Shown piece by piece: positions 24,487-37,443 of a stretch of 64,000 nt of DNA. The stretch lies in contig OZ024741.1 of the NCBI GenBank assembly GCA_964016885.1, forward strand, positions 198,896,001 through 198,960,000, in the 5' to 3' direction. Numbering within the stretch: the first letter of the stretch is position 1; the number at the start of each line of letters is the position of its first letter. The notes under the pieces were generated by a model. The model had not been told where the DNA came from, ran no database searches, and worked only from the letters and a program-made list of their open reading frames with translations. Source of the DNA: Eledone cirrhosa (Eukaryota). Made by a program: the position numbers and the translations under genes.

Positions 24487-26568
24487 TCATCATCATCATC
24501 ATCATCATCAACGTTTAACGTCCGTGTTCCACGCTTGCATGGGTTTGGACGGGGGTAGTCCCACTTGAGGCAAGAGTGATTGTCTTGCTCGCATAGGACT
24601 GTCTGGCAGGTTTTCTACAGTTGGATGCCCTTCCTAACACCAACCACATTTACAGTGTGGGTCTGGGAGGTTTTTACCGTGTTGCCTACACGGCCACATT
24701 ACAGCGTGGACTGTGTGTTTTTTTGTTGTGACACCTACACGATCTCATTTGTTTCGGCCTGGATGGCGCGGCACCAACATAACTTTACATAGAACGGGGT
24801 GGTGTGGATGGGGTGGGGGTGGCGGCGGGACGGGGTGTAGTTTGTTAGAGATGCCTACTGGCAAGGCGGGTCTTCTCTGTTACTGAGTACCGCCAAAGGT
24901 CACGGTCCAGTGACATTGTCTTGGAGAGGTGTAAGTGTGTGAGGTCGGAGTTTATCAGCTCATCCCATGTTTTTCTAGGTCTGCCTATTCCGTGGCTACC
25001 GTCTATCTTTATTGCCCTGCACTTTGTAATACAGCTATCGACTTTCATGCGCATCACGTGTCCATACCAACGCAGCCTTCTCTCGAGTAAACAACATCTG
25101 ATCCCTCTTATCTCTAATTTTTTCCTTAGTTCGTTTATGCTTTGCCGTTCACGTATATTACTGTTACACATCCAGTGGAGCATGCAAGCTTCGTTCCTCT
25201 CTAGTCTGCGTATATCCTCTGCACACAATGCCCAGGTCTCACTACCATGCAACATTGCTGTTCGTATGCAGGCATCGTACAACCTGCCTTTCATTTTTAG
25301 GGAGAACCCTTTAGCAGCTAATAGTGGTATAAGCTCTCTGAACTTTTTCCAACCAGTTCTGACTCTAGCTACAGTACTTTCAGAGCACCCTCCCCCACTG
25401 CTGATTTTATCGCCCAGGTAACGGAAGCTGTCCACTATTTCTATAGAACCCTCTGCGCAATTGAAAGAGCTAGTATTTTGTGGGCACTTGCTGCTACTTA
25501 TTGCACCAGAACACCGGCCACATGTAAAGTCTATGTTCTTAGTTAGCTTACCTGTGATCCCACTACATCTTTTATGCACCCATACTTTGCATTTAGGACA
25601 TAAGATGGAGTTTCTACCTACGCCTTTCCTACATACCGAGCACGACCATTTCCCAGAAGGGACCGCCGCCTTGTTTTCTTTCCTACAAACTAGAACTTTG
25701 GTCTTAGCCAGGTTAATTTTAAGTCCTTTTGACTCTAGGCCGTGCTTCCATGTTTGGAATTTCTTCTCTAGCTCGGCCATTGATTCCGCTATGAGTGTCA
25801 GGTCGTCTGCGTATAGGAGTTCCCATGGGCAGCCTGTCTTGAACTCCTCTGTTATAGCCTGAAGGGCAATAATAAATAGTAGGGGGCTGAGAACAGAGCC
25901 CTGATGGACGCCAACTTTTACGCTAAACTCTTCACTATATTCGTTGTTAATTCTAACCTTGCTGACTGTTTCTTTATACATGGCTTGTATAGCCCTCACA
26001 AGCCATTCGTCAACGCCTAGTTTTCTAAGAGCCCACCAGATAATGGAGCGGGGGACTCTGTCGAAGGCTTTCTCCAGGTCGACAAAAGCTAAGTAGAGGG
26101 GTTTACCTTTAGCTAGGTACTTCTCCTGTAGTTGTCGTACTATGAAAAGAGCGTCTGTGGTGCTTTTGCCTGACACAAACCCGAACTGCATTTCATCTAG
26201 ATCAATTCTCTCTCTGATTAGTTGCGCTATTACTTTTTCCGTGACCTTCATGACCTGGTCGATTAATTTAATGCCTCTATAGTTACTCCTATCTAGGGCG
26301 TCTCCTTTACCCTTATAACAGTTAACGATGATGCTGCTATGCCAGTCCTTCGGAACAACCCCATTCTGTACGACTTGGTTAACTATGCGGGTGACCATGG
26401 TGTGTCCCACCGTGCCAGATGCCTTCAGCATCTCAGCAACTATTTCCGAAGGCCCAGCCGCCTTACCAGTCTTCATATCCTTGATTGCCTTACTTATTAT
26501 ACTCCCCTCGACTAACACTGCTGGTCCCTCTATCGGGTCGATATGGGGGAGACTGTCTTTCTCCCATT
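24487..26568 (-). mobile_element. 5'-truncated RTE-clade LINE, young
   Basis: Uninterrupted RT ORF, 3' UTR and (GAT)n tail. Confidence 0.95.
24845..26518 (-). CDS. RTE ORF2 partial: reverse transcriptase, PHD-like finger and C-terminal domain (no endonuclease)
   Basis: NYRGIKLI, QFGF, FVDLEKAFD, GVHQGSVLSPLLF, LLYADD, FRYLG, LRWYGHVMR; CSVC..CPKC..H..C..CGRC insert. Confidence 0.93.
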   Translation of the reverse strand: MLVEGSIISKAIKDMKTGKAAGPSEIVAEMLKASGTVGHTMVTRIVNQVVQNGVVPKDWHSSIIVNCYKGKGDALDRSNYRGIKLIDQVMKVTEKVIAQLIRERIDLDEMQFGFVSGKSTTDALFIVRQLQEKYLAKGKPLYLAFVDLEKAFDRVPRSIIWWALRKLGVDEWLVRAIQAMYKETVSKVRINNEYSEEFSVKVGVHQGSVLSPLLFIIALQAITEEFKTGCPWELLYADDLTLIAESMAELEKKFQTWKHGLESKGLKINLAKTKVLVCRKENKAAVPSGKWSCSVCRKGVGRNSILCPKCKVWVHKRCSGITGKLTKNIDFTCGRCSGAISSSKCPQNTSSFNCAEGSIEIVDSFRYLGDKISSGGGCSESTVARVRTGWKKFRELIPLLAAKGFSLKMKGRLYDACIRTAMLHGSETWALCAEDIRRLERNEACMLHWMCNSNIRERQSINELRKKLEIRGIRCCLLERRLRWYGHVMRMKVDSCITKCRAIKIDGSHGIGRPRKTWDELINSDLTHLHLSKTMSLDRDLWRYSVTEKTRLASRHL

Positions 26569-26761
26569 AAAAAGCTTCCAGCATAATTTTATGAAAGAAT
26601 TTTTGTTAAGTTATGTTCCAAACATCAACTTTATAATGAGAATGCTAGTTATATAATTAAATCCGTCCAAATTAATGATTATTCTTAAAATGATTTGAAG
26701 GTCATAGACAATGATTTTCATTAAAAATATCAATAAAATATGATACTAAATGAAATGACTA

Positions 26762-27497
26762 GTACTGTAACTGCCCGTTTCTGGTGACACAGTGGGCAAA
26801 CTGGTTGAGAATATACAGGTTGAGTCTTTCATTAGAAATTATTATATAGCATTTAAAAGTTAGGTTCTGCAGTTTTTGTTGAAACACATCTTTCCTGTTG
26901 AAGAAAATTGAATTATATATTATAATGAGCGGAATGTAGTTGAGTAGAGAAGAGAAAGAGAATGTTTTCAATCAAACAGATAAAACAATGCCTTCTACTG
27001 GAGCCTTCAGAAAGGAAATAAAAATGTTCTCAATAAACTATTAATCTTTATTTTAATACTACTAATGAACTAAGCAGGAAGAACTATGATTGCTATCTCT
27101 CCTTGACCTCTGCTCCTCTGCTGCTTTAGTTTTAGTTTTAAGCATGTGTTAGTTAATTCTAAAAGTACATTTTTCTTCCAATTCCCTCATTACTATCGTA
27201 CATGTTTCAAATACATTAAAAATACATGTTTCAAATACATTAAAAAAATGTTTAAAAGTAATAATGGTGGTAACAAAATACAAACTTTTGTTTTTAGATT
27301 AAAACTTTCTTTTCCTAAAGCTCCTTCCAAAACTTCATGTCTAAATCTTAAATCAACAAACAAAATTATTTCCATTGTGACCAATTTATTTATATTTCTT
27401 GCTTCTCTGTTTAAAACTATATCTTGTTTCATTTCCATTACTTGTGGAGATAAAGAATCAGAATTTTCTTTGTTAATATTTTTGACAAATAAAATAC
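26762..27497 (-). pseudogene. Exon-like segments resembling the start of an M12B catalytic domain (27286-27497, ~26762-26894)
   Basis: 27286-27497 has an acceptor (ttttcatgtag), a GTTTGT donor and an open 70-codon frame including LVTMEIILFVD (cf. reprolysin xxExxxxxD strand); next piece YILNQFAHC. Confidence 0.45.
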
Positions 27498-27856
27498 CTA
27501 CATGAAAATATGAGAGAAAAACCAAATAAAATGATGAACAAAGCAATAAAAGAAGCAATGAGTTAAAACGATTAAGTTTGCTGTCCAGTAAATAGAGAAT
27601 TAAATATGAAGATAAATAATATAAACATGATAATTTTGTTTATATTTTTCATTTACCTAAATCTTTATACTGATAAAGCAGTAACAACAGAACACATACC
27701 CACACACATGCTCTGTCTAACCTATGCTAGCGTGGAAAATTGATGTTAAACAGGGATGATGATGATGATATATATATATATATATATAAGCATTTTATAA
27801 AAAGCATGATCAGAAAATGACATAAGCTTTTGTGCTTATGTCATTAAATCGATCTA

Positions 27857-28004
<148 letters not shown>

Positions 28005-28044
28005 ATGGCTATATTATAAAGAGTCAGGGGCTTTGACTCTTTGG

Positions 28045-28230
28045 TGGATGGATTGGCAGTATCGGTAGAGGGTCGGACGCCATGCTTTCCAGCATAGTTA
28101 CGTCCCTTTACGATCTGAGTTCAAATCCCGCCGAGGTTGACTTTGCCTTTCATCCTTACAGGGTTGATAAAATAAAGTACCAGTAATGCACTGGGTAATT
28201 GCTGGCCTTGTGCCTAAAGTAGAAACAATT
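28045..28230 (+). mobile_element. Nin-domain tRNA SINE; further copies ~32088-32225 and 48997-49215
   Basis: A-box-like TGGCAGTATCGG, B box GTTCAAATCC, GCCTTTCATCC...GATAAAATAAAGTACCAG. Confidence 0.85.
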
Positions 28231-28244
28231 ATATATATATATAG

Positions 28245-28680
28245 TGAAAGATTGAAGAGTAACATGGTTGGCTGTACAACAAGGGGCTTTATGTCAGGTA
28301 TTAACAATCGTTTCATTGATCAGGTGAGTCTAGAGGCCGCTATCGCTCGAAGTTGCGTCACTCGATCTCCAATACATCATTTACCTCTGATCAAATCCTC
28401 AACTTTGAGCGATTAGCAGCCTTTAGACTCACCTGATGAATGAAACAATTGTTAATACCTGAAATAAAGCCCCTTGTTGTACAGCCAACCATGTTACTCT
28501 TCATTCTTTAACTATTATTACTCCAAGTATAACCTACATAGGAATTACCGCGAACTCGCTGCCTAACTATGGAAACATCTTGTTGAGTCAAACAAAGCCG
28601 TACTTTAAAACTATCCACGACGCAGAGTACTCACAACCTCTAACTGGATTACCTATAACGATAACTTGTTATCCCATATA
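28245..28680. mobile_element. TA-flanked element with ~105-bp inverted repeat (Penelope-like pLTR arrangement)
   Basis: 28250-28355 is the reverse complement of 28399-28505. Confidence 0.6.
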
Positions 28681-28759
28681 TATATAATATATAATATATA
28701 TAATATATAATATATAATATATAATATATATATATATAATATTTATAATATATATATAT

Positions 28760-29147
28760 AAAGCGTAACCTACAGTCAGTAGGCACCTCTTAATCAAATA
28801 TACACCCCATCCCACTACCCCAACTCCCCCACCCCACCCCCATCAACACCACCCTTTCGATGTAAAGTTATGTTGGCACCACAACATCCAGTCCTAAATA
28901 AATAAGGTCGTGTAGGTGTCACGACAAAAAACACACAGTCCATGCTGTAATGTGGCCGTGTAGGTAACACGGTGAAAACCTCCCAGTCCACACTGTAGAC
29001 GTGGTTGGTGTACGAAGGGCATCCAGCAATAGAAAACCTGCCAGACAGTCCTATATGAGCGAGACAACCAATCTTGCCTCAAGTGGGAAAATTCCCGTCT
29101 AAACCCATGCTAGCATGGAAGATAGACGTTAAACAATGATGATGATG

Positions 29148-29148
<1 letters not shown>
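28760..29148 (+). mobile_element. RTE 3' UTR copy
   Basis: Matches the 3' UTR of the 24487 element; (GAT)n tail. Confidence 0.88.
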
Positions 29149-29182
<34 letters not shown>

Positions 29183-29569
29183 ACATAACCATGACGTTTC
29201 ACTAAAGCTAGCTGGTTGTCCTCTAAGTACCCCATCAATATATATATTGCTTTACAGTTATTGGCATGAATTGCTATTATATGGGAAGTACTATACATAT
29301 ATTTGTGTGCATACTTCTATATGTATATGCCAATTGTTTTTCCAACTTTGTAATGGTTATTAATGTCTGACACAGCATGATACCCTGTTCATTATTAATG
29401 TCTAACATAGCAATATACCCTGTCTACATTATCAATGCCATAATATTCCACCCTGCTCTAATGTATTTTAAAAAATCAACCCTAAGAGTATCAGAAATTT
29501 GTTAATTCAAATTTTCTAATATAAACAATATTAAATATTACACAATTGTAAACACCAATGTGTAATAAA

Positions 29570-29860
29570 ACAATTACATGATAATCCACAGACTTAGGGG
29601 CAATTGTTGGTTACTCTTAGAGAAATGGGGTATAATTTTCAGAAATTAAGAATAAATTTCATAGAAAATTAAATTTTCCTGATTAACACTTAGCATCTTG
29701 TAATGAATATTTAAAACCAGACTTGTTAATTCAAATGTTTATAGTATCTTTACTGGTGGACAGATAGTGTGAACATTTTAATATGATGCAGTCATAGTGC
29801 TAATTTGAATTTCTGAGGAATGTCTTGCTAATGCAATTTTATGATACAGGACAGTAATAG
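29570..29860 (-). pseudogene. Decayed M12B core segment
   Basis: HYDCIIL...; downstream LISEN...TIA-P-K-S-V-D, three single-base changes from TIA-H-E-x-x-H; paralogous to 45615-45835. Confidence 0.45.
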
Positions 29861-30584
29861 TTTAGGGAAAAAATGTGATTGTTGTTAGTAGGCAAGGTGA
29901 GAGCTACTGATATTTGTTCACCCTATTATATTTCATCAGCAATATCTTGGGTAAATTGACAAAGATTTTGGTAAATAAAAACAGTGTGATGAAGGTTTTG
30001 GGCCAGTATAATTTGCATAATTACAAAAAGTAATCTCAAGGAAATTACACCAACAGTTGCTATTAGTTATGTTTCTTTGTTTTCTTTCTCTAAATAAGAG
30101 TCAAATTTCAACTCATTAAGAAGTATGCATATGTCTTTCTACAGCCTAACCTAAATCATGTCATCAACCTACTTATTTTTTTTAACCTACTTTTTGAAAT
30201 TATTTAAATTATTTTTTGTAACCCTTTTCCTACTTGTACAAATCTGTGACTGATGATCAAAGCAAGTGTGAGCAAACTATACCTCATCGATGAGGTTTAA
30301 TAAGACTGAAACATGTCACTAGCTGTCACCTTGCCTGATAAAAACAAAAATCCCTCTATTCCCCTAAACATGAACATTTTAATTTTCTGTTGAATTAATT
30401 TTTAGTTTCTTGAAATCATCCCCACTTTTTTTAAAGTTGGTAACAATATCCGCTAGGCTTTGGTTTTCTTTCTCAAACTAAGAGGACATTTACAACTCAT
30501 TAGCAATTTTTAGCAGATGTCATTCAGTATATCCCCACCACCTAAAATACACATTTGCTTAGATGAATATCTCTAAGTGTATAT

Positions 30585-31202
30585 TTATACATACATTTAC
30601 ACCCAACATACACACCCATCCACAGCCACACACCAACACACTCACCCACACAAACCGACCTACCCACACCTATTACATGTATTTACAACCATCCACCTAC
30701 ACACCCATCCACACATCCACACCTACACACACCTACACACACCTACACACACCCACACACACACACATCCCTACACACACCTACACCCACCCACACACAC
30801 ATACACACCTACACACCTACACACACACACGCACCTACACACACACACACCTACACACACCTACACACACACCCACACACACACACCTACACACACACAC
30901 CTACACACACACACCTACACACACTTACCCCCCCCATTCACAGGCCCCCACCTACATTTTGCAGTATAGATATAGAGAGGATGTGCTATAACTGATGTTT
31001 AACATAATTTATATCTAGAAATACATTGAATAACTAATAAAATAGAAAATAATTGCTTAATTAAGTTAGTAGTTCACTTGACTAGCAGACAGCAAATATG
31101 TTTGTAAATTGTGTGTCTCTGTGTGTGTGTGTGTGTGAGTGTGTGTGTGTGTGTCTCTGTGTGTGTGTGAGTGTGCGTGTGTGTGTGAGTGTGTGTGTGA
31201 GT

Positions 31203-31267
<65 letters not shown>

Positions 31268-31310
31268 TGTGTGAGTGTGTTTGTGAGTGTGTGTGAGTGT
31301 TTGTATAAGT
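30585..31310. repeat. Degenerate (CA)n/(CACCTA)n and (TG)n tracts
   Basis: Direct reading. Confidence 0.9.
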
Positions 31311-32006
31311 GTTTGATTCATGATGTCATAGTGTGTGACAAGGCTGGCCATTTGAATTACAAATAAAATTCATTTTTACTAGCTGGGTGAACTGGATCAA
31401 TGATAAATAAAGTGTCTTGTTTAAGGACATAATGTGCTCTTGGGAATCAACTGCATGACCTAACACTCAGGAGTTGAACACCCTAACCACTAAACTATAT
31501 GCCTTCAATTAAATTATAACCTAAGCTATCAAGTAAAATTGAATTATTTGTCTCACATCTAAAACCCTACTTCTTACACTGATTATTTTGTTATCTAAGA
31601 GTCACTGAATAAGATAAAAAAGGGGAGACAGCTAATGTTTAATGACCTTAAAATAGATCATAACATTCTGTAAAACTCAGAGGAAATAACCCTTATCCAG
31701 AATGTTAAGGAACTTACAAAGTTAGGGCATCTGATACAATAATGGCAATTTTGCAAGATATATATATATATATAATCATCATCATTTTATGTCCGCTTTT
31801 CTCTGCTGGCAAGGGTGGCACAGGAACTGATTCTGGCTTGATTTCTACAGCTGGATGCCCTTCCTAACACCAACCTCATTTACAGTGAGTGCTGGGTGCT
31901 TTTTTGCCGTGGCACCTCCACGACCACTTTGCAGTGGAATGATAGGGACCCCAGTCCCTATCATCTCATTTCTACAGCTGAGTAAACTGGAGCAATGTGA
32001 AATAAA

Positions 32007-32485
<479 letters not shown>

Positions 32486-32654
32486 ACATACTTGAGGAGC
32501 CTTTTAATTTATGGATCAATGTAAAACACACACACAGATCCATATTGTCATCATCATCAACCTTTTTATGTCTGTTTTGCCAGACTTCCATATATATGTG
32601 TGTGTGTGTGTGTGTGAGTGTGTGTGTGTGTATATATATGCTGTTTGCTACTTT

Positions 32655-34495
32655 TTGTCAGAAGAGTGCCATCCCTTCATTGAATATTGCACGATCATCG
32701 ATCATATGCATGCAGGTGACTTTGCAGATCTGCTTTTGTTTTGCAGACATGTTCACAGATGTTACACTTGAATTGTCTGTCTCCTGGCAATACTTAAAAC
32801 GCTTCTTTAGTTTATGCTGTGTCCATTTTCCTCTGCTCAGCTCCCCATAAAATAACTGTTTAGGCAGCCTTCCATCTTCCATCCTGACCTCATGACCAAC
32901 CCAATGCATCTGGTTCATTATAATCCACCTTTCAATACTGATGCTACCAGTTTTATCAAGTACAACAGCATCAGGAGTGTAAGAGGACCACTTGATGTTC
33001 AAGATATGTCAGATACAATGCTGATGAGATCTTTCCAACTCCCTGATGTGATGTCTGTTAGTTATCCACATCTGTATAGGAGAACTGCAAGAACACAGGC
33101 CTCTTACACAGGGAACCTGATTTGAACAGACTCACTTCTCAAGATTTATGAAGGCAAGACTCACTTTCACAATCCTGTGATCTATTTCAGCATTGAGGGT
33201 ACCATCTCTACTAAGAGTACTTCTGAGATACACAAAGCTGTCCACCACCTCAAGTATTTTTCCTCTAACAAAAATGTCTGGCTCCACATACATTTCCCCA
33301 ATTAGGGGAGTGTTCATGACCTTTGTAATTTTTATACTAATATTTAGCCCAAACACAGTGCATGTGTTGGAAAAGGTGTCCAATATCAACTGCATGTCCT
33401 CTACTGTGTGAGCCACAAAATCTGCATTATCAGCATACAGGAACTCCTTAACAAAAGTGCCAAATGTTTTGGACCTGGTGTTAAATTGTCTTAGATTAAA
33501 GACTTTGCCAGAGGTTCTAATTCGCAAGTATATACCGATTTCGAAGTCTTGGAAGGCATATGTCAGCAGCACGACAAAGAAGATGGAGAACAGAGTGTTT
33601 GCAATTATGTCACCTTGCCTGACACCATTGTCCACTGAAATTGGCTATGAAAGTGTCCCATTGAAGTTCACTTTCGCTTTCATATTTTGATGGAGTTTTT
33701 TTAATAATCCAACAAACTCATGAAGGCATCCAAATTTCCCCAATATGATCCACAATGCACTATGATTAACAGTATCGAAGGCTTTGGTAAGGTCCACAAA
33801 TACTTGGTGTAGTGCTGTTCAACTCATTTCTTCATAAGGTGACAGGCTGAGAAAATCATGTCCATAGTACCCCTCTCAGGGCAGATCCATTTTATTAGAC
33901 AATTCAGCAAAACCTTGGATAAGACTTTTCCTAAGACTTTTCATATTTCTAAACTTTACAGTTTTGATACATCTATACGTTTTGGCAATTGTATCCCTGG
34001 TGCCCTCAATTTTCTTCTGATCTGCACCTTCATCTAGCATTGTAAAAGTTTGTGGTCTGTGCCACATTCTGCACTGCAAATTACTCTTACAGAGTAGAGA
34101 TCCTAGAGGTCTCTCTTCCTGGTAATGATATAATCCAAGATATGTCCATGTTTCGATCTGGGATGTATCCACGTTGCCTTGTGGATCTTTTGCTGTAAAA
34201 AAGTATTGCACACGACCACCCCAAACTCAGTGCATAATAGCATTCATCTTGCCCATGCTGTGATATCCTAAAACACTCCAGATGTGGTCATCCTTTCCCA
34301 CACATGCATTAAAATCTTCAAGAAGCAAGATTTTGTCCCAATGTGGAATCGATGATATACACCCTCGTAAATCTTAGTAAAAAGCCATGATTGATTACTG
34401 GCTACTATGCAGGGTAGGGGCATACACTGAAATGACAGTCATGAAAGTTCCTCTTGAAAGAGGAATTCTTTGATGCATAATTCGATCACTAATGA
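32655..34495 (-). mobile_element. Degraded RTE-BovB-type LINE (endonuclease and RT)
   Basis: ISVYAPTL, ILLEDFNACVG, GVRQGDIIANTLFSIFF, FLYADNADF, HWVGHEVRMEDGRLPKQLFYGEL; many frameshifts. Confidence 0.88.
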
Positions 34496-34795
34496 TTTAC
34501 CTCACAACAATGATGCATTTCTATAATGCATAGTGTTACACACGGATCAGCGAAAGTGCAGTCGGGACTTTGAAGAAAATTAGGTATATTTTTGTCTATT
34601 ATTTCCTCATATTTTGTAATTTGATATATATATATATGTGTATATATATATATATGTATATATGCAGAAGTTATATTTAATTTGTTGGGATTCCAACAAG
34701 CTTAAAAGTTTATAACTGTTATAAAGCACTCAACAAATTACTGGAGTAAATATTCAATATATTAATAAATGGAAACTATATTTATAAAAGCTAAT

Positions 34796-34860
34796 TATTT
34801 TATTATATATATTTCAAGGGCAACCAAGGCATTCTTGGTGCGCTTTCATCAGATAAAATA
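34796..34860 (-). ncRNA. Minimal type I hammerhead ribozyme
   Basis: tattttat CTGATGA aagcgcaccaag aatgc cttggttgccctt GAAA tatatATA ataaaata; 8-bp stem I. Confidence 0.85.
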
Positions 34861-35234
34861 CAAGATTTGTTTTATAAATATTGACATAACCGTGGAAAAA
34901 CAACCTTATAACTCTATAACTCTACATATGATAATTGTTTCTACTATTGGCACAAGGCCAGCAAATTACCCAGTACATTACTGGTACTTTATATTATAAT
35001 ATTCTTTTCTCTCTTTCTTTTTTTTCTCTCTTTTTTTCTCTCTTTTTTCTCTCTCTTCTTCCAACAGTATAATTTAAATAAACGGTTATTTTTTCAATCT
35101 TTCGGACATTCATTAGCATAATCCCACATAACTTTGAATTACCCTAAATAAAAAAATGTTTCCACAGCCAGTGAACTTTCAACCGTCAAGGTTGTTTTTC
35201 CACGGTTATGTCAATATTTATAAAACAAATCTTG

Positions 35235-35299
35235 TATTTTATCTGATGAAAGCGCACCAAGAATGCCTTGGTTGCCTTTGAAATATATATAATAAAATA
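35235..35299 (+). ncRNA. Minimal type I hammerhead ribozyme (inverted twin of 34796-34860)
   Basis: tattttat CTGATGA aagcgcaccaag aatgc cttggttgccttt GAAA tatatATA ataaaata. Confidence 0.85.
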
Positions 35300-35355
35300 T
35301 ATAATAAAATAATTATGCTTTTATAAATATAGTTTCCATTTATGAATATATTGAG

Positions 35356-35548
35356 TATATATGTACATATATATGTATATATATATGTGTATATATATGT
35401 ATATATATATATATGTATATATATATGTATATATATATATGTATATATATATGTATATATATATGTATATATATATATATGTATATATATATGTATATAT
35501 ATATGTATATATATATGTATATACATATATATATACATATATATATAC

Positions 35549-35579
<31 letters not shown>

Positions 35580-35580
35580 C

Positions 35581-35613
<33 letters not shown>

Positions 35614-35707
35614 CATATATATATACATATATATATGTATATATATATGTATATATATATATATACATATATATGTATATATATATGTATATATATATAC
35701 ATTTATA
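35356..35707. repeat. (TA)n/(TATG)/(TACA) microsatellite
   Basis: Direct reading; source of the YI-rich ORFs. Confidence 0.95.
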
Positions 35708-36203
35708 TACGAGGTGTGTCAGAAAAGAAACATGACCGGGGTTGCAAAAAATGTTTCACATCCAAACTACAAATTCCCCTTCGAAATAATCCCCCCTTTA
35801 GTCGAATGCATTTTCCGATCCTTCTCTGCCATGCCTTCATACACTCCTGGAAGAATTCTCCTGGGATTCTCCACAGCTCAGTCATTACGGCCCTCACGAT
35901 GGCTTCCACACCCAGAAAACAGGTTCCCTTGATGACCCTCATGATCTTGAGGAAGAGAAAGAAAAGTCACATGAGTAGGAGGGAGGTTGCATGTGCCTCT
36001 CCTTCTGGTCCTCATTCAGCAGCTTTGGCACAATCTCTGTACAGAGGTGTTGCAGTTCATGCCCAGCTCACTTGCGATCAGTTGAACGGTCGGCCAATGA
36101 TTACCACACACTACCTGACACACGTGGTTAACAGTGGCCTCAGACCTGCTTGTTGAAGGCCTTCTGCTCCTGGGTTCATCTTCTACATCCTTGCCTCACT
36201 CTT
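35708..36203 (-). mobile_element. Internally deleted mariner transposon remnant
   Basis: TA-CGAGGTGTGTCAGAAAAG terminus; C-terminus [25 protein letters not shown]; HTH-region [12 protein letters not shown]...[10 protein letters not shown]. Confidence 0.8.
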
Positions 36204-36291
36204 TAAAAATGTATATATATATATACATATATATATGTGCATATATATATGAATATATATATATGTATATATATGCATATATATATATGCA

Positions 36292-37103
36292 TATTTTTGT
36301 TTTAGTCTCATTCATTCTCAGCCCCACACTCATCGACACAGTCTCAACCTCCCGCATCAAATCCTCTGCCTCCTTCACTGTATTTGTCACCAAAACTATG
36401 TCGTCGGCAAATTCAGCATCCGATACCTTTTTCACCCCAACTCTCCTGCTCTGAGCCGGTGCTACTGGTAGAGAATGTTGAGATGCCAGAGGGGATCACT
36501 AATGTAGGCGGGAAGCCGCTGGAATTGGTTGACGACTTCCTGTATTTGGGAGCAAAGATTGGGAATACGGAAGATGATGTGGTTGAGAGGAAGAGCAAGG
36601 CCTGGGCGGCGTGTCACAGCTTGAGATCGGTGTGGAAGTCGGACCTTCGTAGAGACCTGAAAATCCGCCTCTTCATTGCTGTAGTGGAGTCTGTGCTGCT
36701 GTATGGGTCTGAGACTTGGACACTGACCAAGAGACTCACTCAGATGGTGGATGGGTGCTACACGAGAATGCTGAGGATGGCTCTGAACATTGATCAGTAT
36801 ACACTGAGGATGAAAAACTCAGAGCTGTATGGGAGCATCCCAAAAGTCAGCTCAAAAGTGACACAGAGGAGACTGAGGTTGGCTGGACATGCTCTCCGAC
36901 ATCCAGAGTTGACATTGCACTCAATGCTCCTTTGGGAGCCCCTACATGGACACACTAGAAGAGGAAGACCAAGGTTAACATATGTTGATGCCCTCAGGAC
37001 AGACACTGGTCTGTTGGAGATGCAGGATGTGGCAGCGATAATGAGGGACGGAGACCGCTGGAGAGAACTCGTCCATGGATCTCGGGAATTTTACCCGCCT
37101 TAG
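36292..37103 (+). mobile_element. RTE-like LINE 3' fragment with 5' inversion
   Basis: 36292-36465 encodes DAEFADDIVLV...GLRMNETKTK on the minus strand; 36465-37103 continues LVENV...FLYLG...LLYGSETWTL...RLAGHALR on the plus strand. Confidence 0.88.
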
Positions 37104-37443
37104 ATAGATAGATATATGCATATATATATGCATATATATATACACATACACACACACACACATATATATGTGTGTGTGTATATATATATGTGTGTGTGTG
37201 TGTGTGTATATATGTGTGTGTGTATATATGTGTATATATATGTGTGTGTATATGTGTGTGTGTGTGTGTGAATGTGTGTGTGCACACATACACAGATACA
37301 TTTATGCATCTATTACACTATATAAAAGATGGTGGAGTCCATTTGAGATTGGAGTTTCTGATAAATGATACTTAAATGATAGTTTAGAAACTAACTTAAC
37401 TAATATTGAGAGATGGACTAGCAATAGTTATAATAATTGAGAA

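Noticed and set aside
24921-26570. Plus-strand ORFs of 80-166 aa
   Set aside because: Antisense shadows of the RTE reverse transcriptase ORF.
30563-31366. HT-rich and CV-rich ORFs
   Set aside because: CA/TG microsatellites.
35239-36156. Overlapping YI-rich ORFs
   Set aside because: TA microsatellite plus antisense reading of a mariner remnant.
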